Below are positions 35,685-44,057 of a stretch of DNA of 64,000 nucleotides, in pieces. The notes under the pieces are model-generated. The model saw only the letters and a list, made by a program, of their open reading frames with translations, was not told where the DNA came from and did not search any database. This DNA is from an uncultured Opitutales bacterium (GTDB taxonomy: Bacteria; Verrucomicrobiota; Verrucomicrobiia; Opitutales; UBA9783): contig CAZOPT010000001.1 of NCBI GenBank assembly GCA_964582055.1, positions 63,038-127,037 on the forward strand, read 5' to 3'. The position numbers and the translations under genes are program-made. The stretch's first letter is position 1; each line of letters starts with the position of its first letter.

Positions 35685-36938
35685 TTACGGATTGTGTAAT
35701 TGCTGATGGAATGAACCTTCACGCCAAACAAGATAATCTCTTAAAATTTCTGCATGATCGAAGGCAAGTTCACTCCATGGAATTTTGTCGAGAGGACAGA
35801 CCCAAAGTTTTGCTGCATCTGAACCGGCCTGTGGAATAACATTATCACAACGGGAAATATGAACAGCATCAATGCAACGTCTGCGAGGATCCCGATTAAT
35901 AGAATCATAAACTCGGAATTGTTTAATGTCAGTTAGATCCAAGTTGCATTCTTCTTTCATTTCGCGTTTAGCAGTATATTGGACGGTTTCTCCATATTGA
36001 ACAGGTCCACCTGGAAGTGCTTTACCGTAAGGTTCTAAACCACGTTCGATCATTACAATACCTTTAAAGACATTTTTTTCGTAAACTTCAATGATAACTG
36101 TCGTTGCTAAAAATGGAGGCCTATAAGCATTTTTAGAAATCTCTTTAAGATCTTTTTCTTCGCGTTCTTTTTTATCAGTAATAGCCGGAAAACTTAAGTC
36201 GTTTTTCAATTCTTTATTGTCCTTGCTTAATTCAAATTCTAAAAAATCTTTTAAAATTTGAGCATGGTCAAAAGCCAAACGATCCCATGGAATTTCATTA
36301 ATAGGACAAATAAAAGCATGCTTAGCATCGGTTCCTGCAGAAAGAATGGATTCTGTACATTGAGCTATAAAGACGATGTCGATCATATGGGTTCTTGGAT
36401 CTCGATCTGAATTTGAATAAACATGGAATTGCTTCATATTTTGAATGTTTAAACCGCATTCATCACGAGCTGTTCTGACAACACAATCTTCACATGTTTC
36501 TTCATAGCGAATAATGCCACCTGGAATTGCTTTTCCCAAAGGAGGACGTCCACGTTCAATTAAAACAATTCCCACGAACTTACCTTGATTGTAAACTTTG
36601 ATAATCACGGAACTTGCTAAAGATGGTGTTTTCTTGAAAACACGTTCATCAAAAGAACCCTTATTGTTGTCGGAAATTTTATGTTCTTCTGTTTGTAAAA
36701 TTTTGTCTTTTGCTTTTGAATTTTTTGATCTCGAAGGAATGGCATCTTTTGTTTCGACACTTGCAGTTATGATTTTCTGATTTTCGCTTGTTGCAACTGC
36801 TTGAGACGACTTTTCAGAAATTGTTTTTGCTTTTACGTCATTCGTAAAACCATAATTAACCGATAACGAAAATACAAGTAGCGTACCAATAACCTTCCAC
36901 ATATTTTTATTTGTAGATTTATAAAAATAAAATGGCAA
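35685..36938 (-). CDS. Signal-peptide-bearing protein with two tandem Nudix (ADP-ribose pyrophosphatase/NadM-NrtR type) domains
   Basis: N-terminal hydrophobic signal (MWKVIGTLLVFSLSVNYG; M13 at 36902 may be the start) and a Lys/Ser-rich linker. Both domains carry a Nudix box, SDRDPR/INRDPR, AGTDA/AGSDA and LAFDHA motifs. Confidence 0.8.
   Translation of the reverse strand: MPFYFYKSTNKNMWKVIGTLLVFSLSVNYGFTNDVKAKTISEKSSQAVATSENQKIITASVETKDAIPSRSKNSKAKDKILQTEEHKISDNNKGSFDERVFKKTPSLASSVIIKVYNQGKFVGIVLIERGRPPLGKAIPGGIIRYEETCEDCVVRTARDECGLNIQNMKQFHVYSNSDRDPRTHMIDIVFIAQCTESILSAGTDAKHAFICPINEIPWDRLAFDHAQILKDFLEFELSKDNKELKNDLSFPAITDKKEREEKDLKEISKNAYRPPFLATTVIIEVYEKNVFKGIVMIERGLEPYGKALPGGPVQYGETVQYTAKREMKEECNLDLTDIKQFRVYDSINRDPRRRCIDAVHISRCDNVIPQAGSDAAKLWVCPLDKIPWSELAFDHAEILRDYLVWREGSFHQQLHNP
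35724..36617 (-). repeat. Intragenic tandem duplication (two ~130-aa Nudix domains, ~170-aa period)
   Basis: Residues 108-235 and 277-405 align along their whole length (VIIKVYNQGKFVGIVLIERG / VIIEVYEKNVFKGIVMIERG ... LAFDHAQILKDFL / LAFDHAEILRDYL). Confidence 0.8.
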
Positions 36939-36945
36939 TCATTTT

Positions 36946-38073
36946 TTAGAAAAATTTTTCTATTTTATTTTTTGTTTTATCTGTAGAAATCCACTGAAAG
37001 TTTGGCGAATTGTTTTTACAATTAGCATCCCAGGATTGATGTATTTGCAGCTGAATGTTATCCTTAAAAAGATTGAAGTCGATTCCTAATTCATGGCAAC
37101 GCATTACAACACGGTCGATATGTTGGGCATGTAATGTCGCAATAACCAGGTATCCCGATAAACAAGCGTAAAAAGCTGCTTTTGCAGTTTCGTTATCTCT
37201 AATTTCTCCGATGAGAATAACATTAGGATCTTGTCGTAATATAGCTTTTAAACCGTTTTCAAATGTATATCCAGCTTTTGTATCTACTTCTGTCTGCGTC
37301 CAATCATCGATCTCAGCTTCAATAGGGTCTTCCAGAGAAATCACTTTTAACCCTTTTTGACAAAGTAATTTCCCCAAAGCATATAGGGTTGTTGTTTTGC
37401 CGCTTCCTGTGGTCCCAGAGATAAGAATCATACCATTTAGTTCCAGTTTATGATCAATAAAATGGAGCAAATTATTCGGTAATCCTAATGTTTTTATCGA
37501 AAAAGGAAACAAATCTTCACTTAATAAGCGCAAAACCAAACTTTGTGTAACTGTACTTGCAAGATAAGATAAGCGACAAAATAAAATTTTATTTTCATAT
37601 TCATAACGAAAATGTCCTTCTTGAGGACGACGCGTTATATCAAAATTTAAGTGAGCTAAAACCAAAAAACTTTTCAATAAATGCTCACCAACGTTAAATG
37701 TAAAAGTTTCATTTCCAACCCAAGTTCGTTTGCTTTTAAATTTTAAGACAGCTTTTTCGGGGTAAATCGTTAAATAAATATCTGAAGCCTGTAATTGATA
37801 AGCTTTCCCTAAGACAGAATGTAGAAGTGTGTTTTTGTAAAAAACGCAAGTTTCTGTATTTAAAAGCGTATTTGTAGGACCTACATAAACATGTAATTGA
37901 CAGCCTAGGATTTGTTCAAGCCTTTCAATGTAATTTTGAGGTAAAGACTTATCAATACCTAAAATACTAACTTTAGGTGCTATTTCACTATAATACCATC
38001 CTTGTTTATGAATAAAACGAAGAACACTTTCTTGCGATTTACCTTTAAGCCTTATGAGGGCATGCTGCTGCAT
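36946..38073 (-). CDS. Short GspE/PilB/ComGA-family secretion ATPase (no C-terminal tetracysteine module)
   Basis: Asp box RRPQEGHF, Walker A GTTGSGKTTT, GEIRDNETAKAAFYACLSGYLVIATLHA. The ATG at 38073 (MQQHAL) has an AAGGA Shine-Dalgarno and is preferred. The track start at 38136 would overlap the zinc-ribbon gene by 92 nt. Confidence 0.8.
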   Translation of the reverse strand: MQQHALIRLKGKSQESVLRFIHKQGWYYSEIAPKVSILGIDKSLPQNYIERLEQILGCQLHVYVGPTNTLLNTETCVFYKNTLLHSVLGKAYQLQASDIYLTIYPEKAVLKFKSKRTWVGNETFTFNVGEHLLKSFLVLAHLNFDITRRPQEGHFRYEYENKILFCRLSYLASTVTQSLVLRLLSEDLFPFSIKTLGLPNNLLHFIDHKLELNGMILISGTTGSGKTTTLYALGKLLCQKGLKVISLEDPIEAEIDDWTQTEVDTKAGYTFENGLKAILRQDPNVILIGEIRDNETAKAAFYACLSGYLVIATLHAQHIDRVVMRCHELGIDFNLFKDNIQLQIHQSWDANCKNNSPNFQWISTDKTKNKIEKFF

Positions 38074-38290
38074 TTTCCTTCTTAGGACATTGATCGCACT
38101 TTGAAGAATGTTTATAGTCCGTTTCATAAAACCCATGTCCTTTGAAAATAAGTCCTGCCCCTTCTCCTATTTTTCGATGTAATGTTGGTTTTTGGCAATA
38201 AGGACAAATTGTTTTTGCAGGTTCTTTTATGGAATGAAATATTTCCAATGTTTTTCCGCATGAACTACAACTGTAATCATAGGTTGGCAT
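38045..38290 (-). CDS. FmdB-family zinc-ribbon protein
   Basis: MPTYDYSCSSCG...CPYC...FKGHGFYETDY is the CxxC_CxxC_SSSS signature. It has an extra C-terminal CDQC...CPH cluster. Confidence 0.8.
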   Translation of the reverse strand: MPTYDYSCSSCGKTLEIFHSIKEPAKTICPYCQKPTLHRKIGEGAGLIFKGHGFYETDYKHSSKCDQCPKKENAAACPHKA

Positions 38291-38423
38291 AATTTTATTA
38301 TTTTACAATCATTTGCGACTATCTTGGCAAGCTCTTTTTAAAAATTTCTTATTTTTCGCTTGTAGAAAAGAGTTTTTATTGGTAAGCCTATTAACAGTAG
38401 GGCATAAAAATGTCAGGTGTCAC

Positions 38424-40118
38424 GTGAATAATTTAAGTAATAATAAAGCTAACAAGGCGTATTGGACGCTACTTATTATTTTTTTCTTGTTTTTAAAATT
38501 GTTAAGAGCAGATGAACGTAAAGAGGTTCATGAAACGCTCTTGCAAGGTATTCAAGAATCTTGGCCGGTACCTAAACCTACAGAAGTAGCTATTACTGGT
38601 GAACTTAGTGATGTTGACAAAAATCCTTGCGGAAATCAGTCTCTAAGTGAACAATTAGCCCGTATCATTATTCCGAAAGTCAACTTAAGTCAATTGCCAT
38701 TGTCAAAAGCATTGACGTTTTTAACAGAGTTTTCTAGCGTTTACGATTTAGAAGGTAAGGGGGTTAGTTTTGTGCTTATCGATCCTGATCATAAAGATCC
38801 TTATATTGACCTCAATGTGCAATCTTTATCCTTGGAAAAAATCTTGCGTTATATTTGTGAAATGACGCACTTTTCCTTTCAAATTGAAGGAAATATTGTT
38901 GTTTTTCGAGATGGTACCAAACGAACGTTAGATTTGCGTACACAAGTTTTTCCAGTATCTCGCGGAAGTGTTTTGCAGATTTTGAATTATGCGCAGCCTT
39001 CTGCAGAAGAAAAATCTCTTTCAGACGAAGCTTTACTCAAGGAGTTTTTTGGAAAAATTGGCATTTCGTGGACTGAAGAAGGTGTTGGATTTGCTTATGA
39101 TGGATGTCGAATTGTTGCAACACATTATCCTGATGTTTTATGTCGTATTCAAGCGCTACTTCAACAGTATAAACCTTTGCCTCAGGTTGCCATTGAAACT
39201 AAATTTTTAGATATTCAACAAGGTATTTTGGAAGAACTTGGTTTACGTTGGAATTCAGGTAAGAACAACAATGTTACAGTCGATACAACGACAACTTTGC
39301 GTCCTTTATCACGACTTGATAGTATCAAGTGGACAAGTGAAGCAAGCCGTGAAAATACCACATCTGCTATTCCTAAATTTCCTAATGCACTTGATTTTGG
39401 TAATAATGTAGCGTCATTTTTAGATGTCAATACAATCCTTAATCGCTATCAAATGCAATTTATTTTGCGCGCGATTGAACAACGTTCAGATTCAGACCTC
39501 ATGAGCACTCCAAAAGTAACGGTTTTGTCGGGTAGAAAAGCAGAAATTGTTATTGCTCAAGAGTTACGTTATCCAGAAAGTTTTCGTGATGGCCGTGCTG
39601 AAGTGGGAAGTAAACATTCGGATGCATCATCGGCTGGAACGGCCATCATTGCAGGGGTTCCTGAAAACTTTGTTACACGTAATGTCGGTGTTGAAATGAG
39701 CGTTGTTCCTTTAGTTGAAAGCAATGAGCGTATTCATTTGTCGCTCGAACCTTGTGTTACCGAATTGGAAGGGTTTGTTCCTTATGGAGGTAGTAATATT
39801 ATAACGTATGGGGCAAATGTTACATCCTACGATTCTGGCTATTATCAGCCTGTTTTTTCAACTCGACGTATTAAAACCGAAGTTTCTCTAGCCAACGGTG
39901 CTACATTAGTTATGGGAGGCTTAACACGCGAAGAAGTTAAGGAAACGAAAGATAAAGTACCGATTTTTGGTAATATTCCTCTTATAGGAAAATTGTTTAC
40001 ATCAAAGGGTCAAACGGCTCAAAAACGTAATTTGTTGATTTTTGTGACTGCAAATTTGTTGAATGAAGATGGAAAAACTTTTGTCACACCAGAGCTACCG
40101 ACACAGCAAACGTTCTAG
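38424..40118 (+). CDS. Secretin (GspD/PilQ family outer membrane channel)
   Basis: C-terminal secretin domain (STPKVTVLSGRKAEI...VPIFGNIPLIGKLFTS...LLIFVTANLL) and an N-terminal STN/N0-like region. The in-frame GTG at 38424 gives a signal-peptide-like N-terminus (NKAYWTLLIIFFLFLKLL) and is preferred over the TTG at 38313. Confidence 0.85.
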   Translation: MNNLSNNKANKAYWTLLIIFFLFLKLLRADERKEVHETLLQGIQESWPVPKPTEVAITGELSDVDKNPCGNQSLSEQLARIIIPKVNLSQLPLSKALTFLTEFSSVYDLEGKGVSFVLIDPDHKDPYIDLNVQSLSLEKILRYICEMTHFSFQIEGNIVVFRDGTKRTLDLRTQVFPVSRGSVLQILNYAQPSAEEKSLSDEALLKEFFGKIGISWTEEGVGFAYDGCRIVATHYPDVLCRIQALLQQYKPLPQVAIETKFLDIQQGILEELGLRWNSGKNNNVTVDTTTTLRPLSRLDSIKWTSEASRENTTSAIPKFPNALDFGNNVASFLDVNTILNRYQMQFILRAIEQRSDSDLMSTPKVTVLSGRKAEIVIAQELRYPESFRDGRAEVGSKHSDASSAGTAIIAGVPENFVTRNVGVEMSVVPLVESNERIHLSLEPCVTELEGFVPYGGSNIITYGANVTSYDSGYYQPVFSTRRIKTEVSLANGATLVMGGLTREEVKETKDKVPIFGNIPLIGKLFTSKGQTAQKRNLLIFVTANLLNEDGKTFVTPELPTQQTF

Positions 40119-41460
40119 TCCTTTTCAAGGTAATCTTACGTTTACGGTTTTGTGTCTCATTGCGCTTAGTTGTGGAATTGCTGCGCTTTCTTTAAAAAAC
40201 AACCAGTACAAACGCTATTGTCAACGAATACATCGTAATTATTTTGATGAAAAACAGGCATTAGAACTCTGTTTTGCGGCCTTTAAAAAATTGAAAGAAG
40301 CCGCTACTAAAGATGCAGTTATTACTTATGAAAAAGAAGGAAAAATCCATTTTGTAGATGCTATTAGCAAAGAAGATTTAGTGAATTTAGACGAAATTCT
40401 TTTTGAAAATTCTGCAAAAATTTCTGTTTTCTCAGATCCTGAGGCGAAAAATTACATTCCTTGTTTACCCCAATCAGAAGGTGTTCGACAAACACTTGAA
40501 GAGCTTTTTCAACAAGAAATACGTCCAGAACCTCTAAAAAATAATTACCCGCTTATTCGAAATCGTTGGTTTTCTTTAAAAAATAATACTGCTTTAGATG
40601 CTAGCCTTTTTGAGCCTTATTTAAAAGCTTGGGATAAACTTGATAATCAATTAAAATTAACCTTCTTAAATCCTTTCGATCGATCATTAAAGAGAAAGTT
40701 CAATCTAACCGTAACATGTAATGTATCAGATGAAGTAATGTCGCCTAAATCTCCAGTTTTTGACTGCTCTTTAAAACCGGGTGAGTCTGTTTTTCATAAC
40801 GTAGAAATAAAAACAGAAAAAAATTTTTCAAATTTTACCATTTGTTATGGTACAATTTCGGTTGAAAAAACTTTAAGATCTGAGTCATCTAGAAAAACAA
40901 CTCCTAAATGGAGGAGGCTATCGCCTCCTGCACCTGAACCTATAAAACTCAAAGAGATTATCGATAAAATTTATTTTAAGACGCAAACGCCGCTACAATG
41001 TTTGAATACATGTTTGTTTTTTCATGAGACTTTAGAGCCAATAGTTGCATTTGGGAAAAAGGATGAAATCAATAAATATTTTTGGAATAATGTTCTTTTT
41101 GATAAATCTGCAGTTTATTTTAACTTAAATGCGAACGAGGTACAATTAAAACAAAAATTGGAGGGCTTGTTCGAAGAATCTGTTGTTAAAATGTTATGTG
41201 AAGATATTTTAAAAAGCCAACCTTTTTATGATATTTATTCGTTTACTTCTAAGCTTTCTCAAGATTTGGCGAGCCATTGGAATGCATTGGACAGTCTTCC
41301 TATTTTTGTGTTACGTGAGGAGAGTTTTATCATTGAAGCGCAACTTAAAAGTCTTCAAAAAAATGTCTTCATACGATGTCGTTTATGGGTTCATCGTGAG
41401 ATAAAATCGGATAAAGAGCGTGAGTGGAGTATAGACCAAATCGAATATAAACGATTTTAA
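40063..41460 (+). CDS. Hypothetical 465-aa protein with a single N-terminal hydrophobic segment (pilin-like leader lacking Glu5?)
   Basis: Overlaps the secretin 3' end by ~50 nt. Its N-terminus is HSKRSSPFQG-NLTFTVLCLIALSCGIAALSL. The remainder has no recognisable motif. Confidence 0.4.
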   Translation: MKMEKLLSHQSYRHSKRSSPFQGNLTFTVLCLIALSCGIAALSLKNNQYKRYCQRIHRNYFDEKQALELCFAAFKKLKEAATKDAVITYEKEGKIHFVDAISKEDLVNLDEILFENSAKISVFSDPEAKNYIPCLPQSEGVRQTLEELFQQEIRPEPLKNNYPLIRNRWFSLKNNTALDASLFEPYLKAWDKLDNQLKLTFLNPFDRSLKRKFNLTVTCNVSDEVMSPKSPVFDCSLKPGESVFHNVEIKTEKNFSNFTICYGTISVEKTLRSESSRKTTPKWRRLSPPAPEPIKLKEIIDKIYFKTQTPLQCLNTCLFFHETLEPIVAFGKKDEINKYFWNNVLFDKSAVYFNLNANEVQLKQKLEGLFEESVVKMLCEDILKSQPFYDIYSFTSKLSQDLASHWNALDSLPIFVLREESFIIEAQLKSLQKNVFIRCRLWVHREIKSDKEREWSIDQIEYKRF

Positions 41461-41461
41461 T

Positions 41462-42577
41462 TTAGGTCTTTGTATCAATTTTGGAATTATCAAAAACTTT
41501 ATCTTCAAAAACAATCATGCGTTCCATCGATCTTGCCCAAGATTGAAAAAGAATGCCATTTAAGAAATGTATTTGTTGTGTACGGTCATAACCTAAATTT
41601 TCTAAACGTTGAGTTACACTTGCTAAGGAATTTGCATGTAATGTTGCCAGTACACAATGTCCAGTCAATGCTGCATTAACAGCCATTTTGAGATGTTGTA
41701 CATCCCTTATTTCACCTATGCCAACAATACGCACGCTTTGCCGTAGTAAATTTCGAACAAAGTTGTCGGAAGGCAAATTTGTTTGCAAGGTAAGTTGAAC
41801 AAAATCGTTCGAAGGGACTTCGATAGGATCTTCCAAACTTACCACACGTAACTGCTTAAAATGTCTTAAAATACTGTAGTAGGTTGTTGTTTTTCCATTT
41901 CCAATAGGTCCTGTAATGAGCCACAAGCCATTTGGATTTTTGCACAAACTTTGAAAAAAATTCGTTTTGTCTAAGCCTAAATTTTCAGGGGTGTAATAAT
42001 TTGTATTTCTTAAAAGCCGAATAACAAGCGTTTCGCCATGTAAACAAGGCAAGGTTGAAACGCGACAATTGACGATTGTATCGGGTAGTTGCATATCAAA
42101 TTGGCCATCGTGTGGACGTCGCGAATCTGTTATGTCAATTTCTGCTTTCAACTTGATCAAATTAAAAAGTAGTTGTTGATTTTCCACACTTAGTTTTTGT
42201 AAAACCGACAATTGACCTTTTTTGCGTACACGAATGACACATTTTGATCGATGCGCTTCGAAGTGAATATCTGAACAGTTTTGTTGATAAGCAGAAAAAA
42301 TTAATTGTGCCAATTGGTGAGGAATGTCTACTTTTACTTCTTGTTGAATCAGCGGCACAGTCCCCTTAAAGCTTTGAATACTTTCTTTAAAATGGTTTTC
42401 ATCAACAATTTCAATGTCGATTAATTTACCATAAATTTGCGAAAGATAATGCACGTATCGTTGTGTTTCTGATGAAAAAGAAGGTCGTATTTTGCAAAAA
42501 AGTGTGTTTTTATCTTCATAAATTGGTAGGATTCCAAAGCGACGAAAACTTTTTTGTAAAATCGGCAGATCTTCCAT
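41462..42577 (-). CDS. Short GspE/PilB/ComGA-family secretion ATPase, second copy
   Basis: T2SSE_N-like N-terminus, Asp box RRPHDGQF, Walker A GPIGNGKTTT, GEIRDVQHLKMAVNAALTGHCVLATLHA. There is no Cys in the C-terminal region. Confidence 0.8.
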   Translation of the reverse strand: MEDLPILQKSFRRFGILPIYEDKNTLFCKIRPSFSSETQRYVHYLSQIYGKLIDIEIVDENHFKESIQSFKGTVPLIQQEVKVDIPHQLAQLIFSAYQQNCSDIHFEAHRSKCVIRVRKKGQLSVLQKLSVENQQLLFNLIKLKAEIDITDSRRPHDGQFDMQLPDTIVNCRVSTLPCLHGETLVIRLLRNTNYYTPENLGLDKTNFFQSLCKNPNGLWLITGPIGNGKTTTYYSILRHFKQLRVVSLEDPIEVPSNDFVQLTLQTNLPSDNFVRNLLRQSVRIVGIGEIRDVQHLKMAVNAALTGHCVLATLHANSLASVTQRLENLGYDRTQQIHFLNGILFQSWARSMERMIVFEDKVFDNSKIDTKT

Positions 42578-42668
42578 GTATCTAACTTATGGACAAAGGT
42601 AATTTCTCGCAAGATTTTTACGCGATTTTTTTGATAATGTATAAAAATTTAAAAATTGGATAATTGGC

Positions 42669-42695
42669 TTGACACGTCTTATTGTAAGATATTTT
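42669..42695 (+). promoter_or_regulatory. Candidate sigma70-type promoter for rpsT
   Basis: A perfect TTGACA at 42669-42674, but the best -10 is only TATTTT after a short 15-bp spacer, ~28 nt upstream of the ATG. Confidence 0.3.
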
Positions 42696-42722
42696 GTAAA
42701 TAGTGTATCAATTTAATAAGTA

Positions 42723-43046
42723 ATGGCGAATATTAAATCATCAAAGCGAGCGATTCGTAAGATTGCAAAATTAACTGTAAAAAATAAAGCAGAAAAAAGT
42801 CGCTTGAAAACATTTTCTAAAAAGTTGCAGAAGTTGCAAGAGGGTAACGATGTTGTTGCTATTAAAACAATGGCAATGCAGTATATGTCGATCATCGATA
42901 AGGCTGGGAAGCATGGAGTTTGGCATGCCAATAAGGTTAATCGTATGAAAAGTCGTTTGACGCCTCTTATTTTTAATGTTTCTGCGCAAGCTTCTCAAGA
43001 GGCTGTTTCTCAGCAGGTTGAAGAAACAGTAGCGGCAGAAGCGTAA
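42723..43046 (+). CDS. rpsT: 30S ribosomal protein S20
   Basis: MANIKSSKRAIRK...KNKAEKSRLKT is canonical S20. Confidence 0.9.
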   Translation: MANIKSSKRAIRKIAKLTVKNKAEKSRLKTFSKKLQKLQEGNDVVAIKTMAMQYMSIIDKAGKHGVWHANKVNRMKSRLTPLIFNVSAQASQEAVSQQVEETVAAEA

Positions 43047-43067
43047 AACATTTCTCCCATCCCATCC

Positions 43068-43100
43068 GAGGCCTTGAGTTATTGAGGCCTCTTTTTGTTT
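43068..43100 (+). terminator. Rho-independent terminator of rpsT
   Basis: GAGGCCT-tgagttattg-AGGCCTC followed by TTTTTGTTTT, 22 nt after the stop. Confidence 0.8.
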
Positions 43101-43160
43101 TAGTGTATTTCTTAAAAGTTTACGCTTGCATATTTTGTCTAGAAAGCTTCGAATAACAGT

Positions 43161-44057
43161 ATGTTAAAAAGGCTAGATTTTGTTTTTTTGGCGTTTTTAG
43201 GTATTTACAATTTATTTGGACAGGAATATCCATCCGTTCTTGCTCGTGTGAATGGTGAAATCATTACACGAAATGAAGTAGAACGGCTTGTGGAAGGCAG
43301 TGGGTTATCTTATGAAAAAATTATAGCTCAATTAATTGATCGGAAATTGCTTATTGCTGCATTTGAAGCACAAAAAGGCAAAGTTCAAACAACGCAAGTT
43401 GATTTGCAAATGGAGAATATTATTCAAAACAGTTTCCGGGGTAATCGTCAACAATTTGTGGCTGTTTTGCAGGCTGAAGGGCAATCAATCTACGAATTAA
43501 AGGATGAAATTAAGAATTCGATTGTAGAAAATGTTATGCGACAACAGAATTTTCAATCAGCCAATATCCTTAGCCCTAAAAAGATACAAACGTATTATCA
43601 ACAACATCCAGAACAATTTTCAAAGCCCGTGCGTTATTGTATTCAGCAAAGCGGATTTAGGGCAGATGCGACGCTTCAAGTGGGTGAAAAAACTGTTTTA
43701 AAGAGGGAGTATTTGCAAGAATTAATAGAAAAAGAAACAGATTTCTCAACGATTCAATCCTTGTTGGACGAATTTGCAACAGATGTCATTTGGTACACAG
43801 AATCTGAATTAGATCCGTCGTTAGCCAAGCAATTATCTAATTTATCAGTAAATCAAAATACAGCCTATATAAAAATGAATGAGGTGTTTGTGACTTCGCG
43901 TCTTGTTGGGAAGGAGCCAGCTTCGATAATTCCTTTGGCGGAAGTCCAAGGTCGTATAGAAGAGATTCTGATTTTTGAAGCGAATACACAGGCTTATAAA
44001 AAGTATATTCAAGGATTACGCGAAAAAGCTTTTATTGAAATTCTTTATAAGAATTAA
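43161..44057 (+). CDS. SurA-like periplasmic chaperone (SurA_N-type domain, degenerate parvulin-like C-terminus)
   Basis: Signal peptide followed by ARVNGEIITRNEVE...LIDRKLLI, typical of SurA/PpiD N-domains. The C-terminal part only faintly resembles parvulin. Confidence 0.5.
   Translation: MLKRLDFVFLAFLGIYNLFGQEYPSVLARVNGEIITRNEVERLVEGSGLSYEKIIAQLIDRKLLIAAFEAQKGKVQTTQVDLQMENIIQNSFRGNRQQFVAVLQAEGQSIYELKDEIKNSIVENVMRQQNFQSANILSPKKIQTYYQQHPEQFSKPVRYCIQQSGFRADATLQVGEKTVLKREYLQELIEKETDFSTIQSLLDEFATDVIWYTESELDPSLAKQLSNLSVNQNTAYIKMNEVFVTSRLVGKEPASIIPLAEVQGRIEEILIFEANTQAYKKYIQGLREKAFIEILYKN

Noticed and set aside
38313-38423. TTG-initiated 37-aa N-terminal extension of the secretin
   Set aside because: The extension is not signal-peptide-like, whereas the in-frame GTG at 38424 yields a typical basic-hydrophobic signal. 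This is uncertain and could be tested by N-terminal proteomics.
42713-42998. Minus-strand ORFs (72 and 75 aa) opposite rpsT
   Set aside because: They are antisense to a canonical S20 gene, and the rpsT frame is unambiguous.
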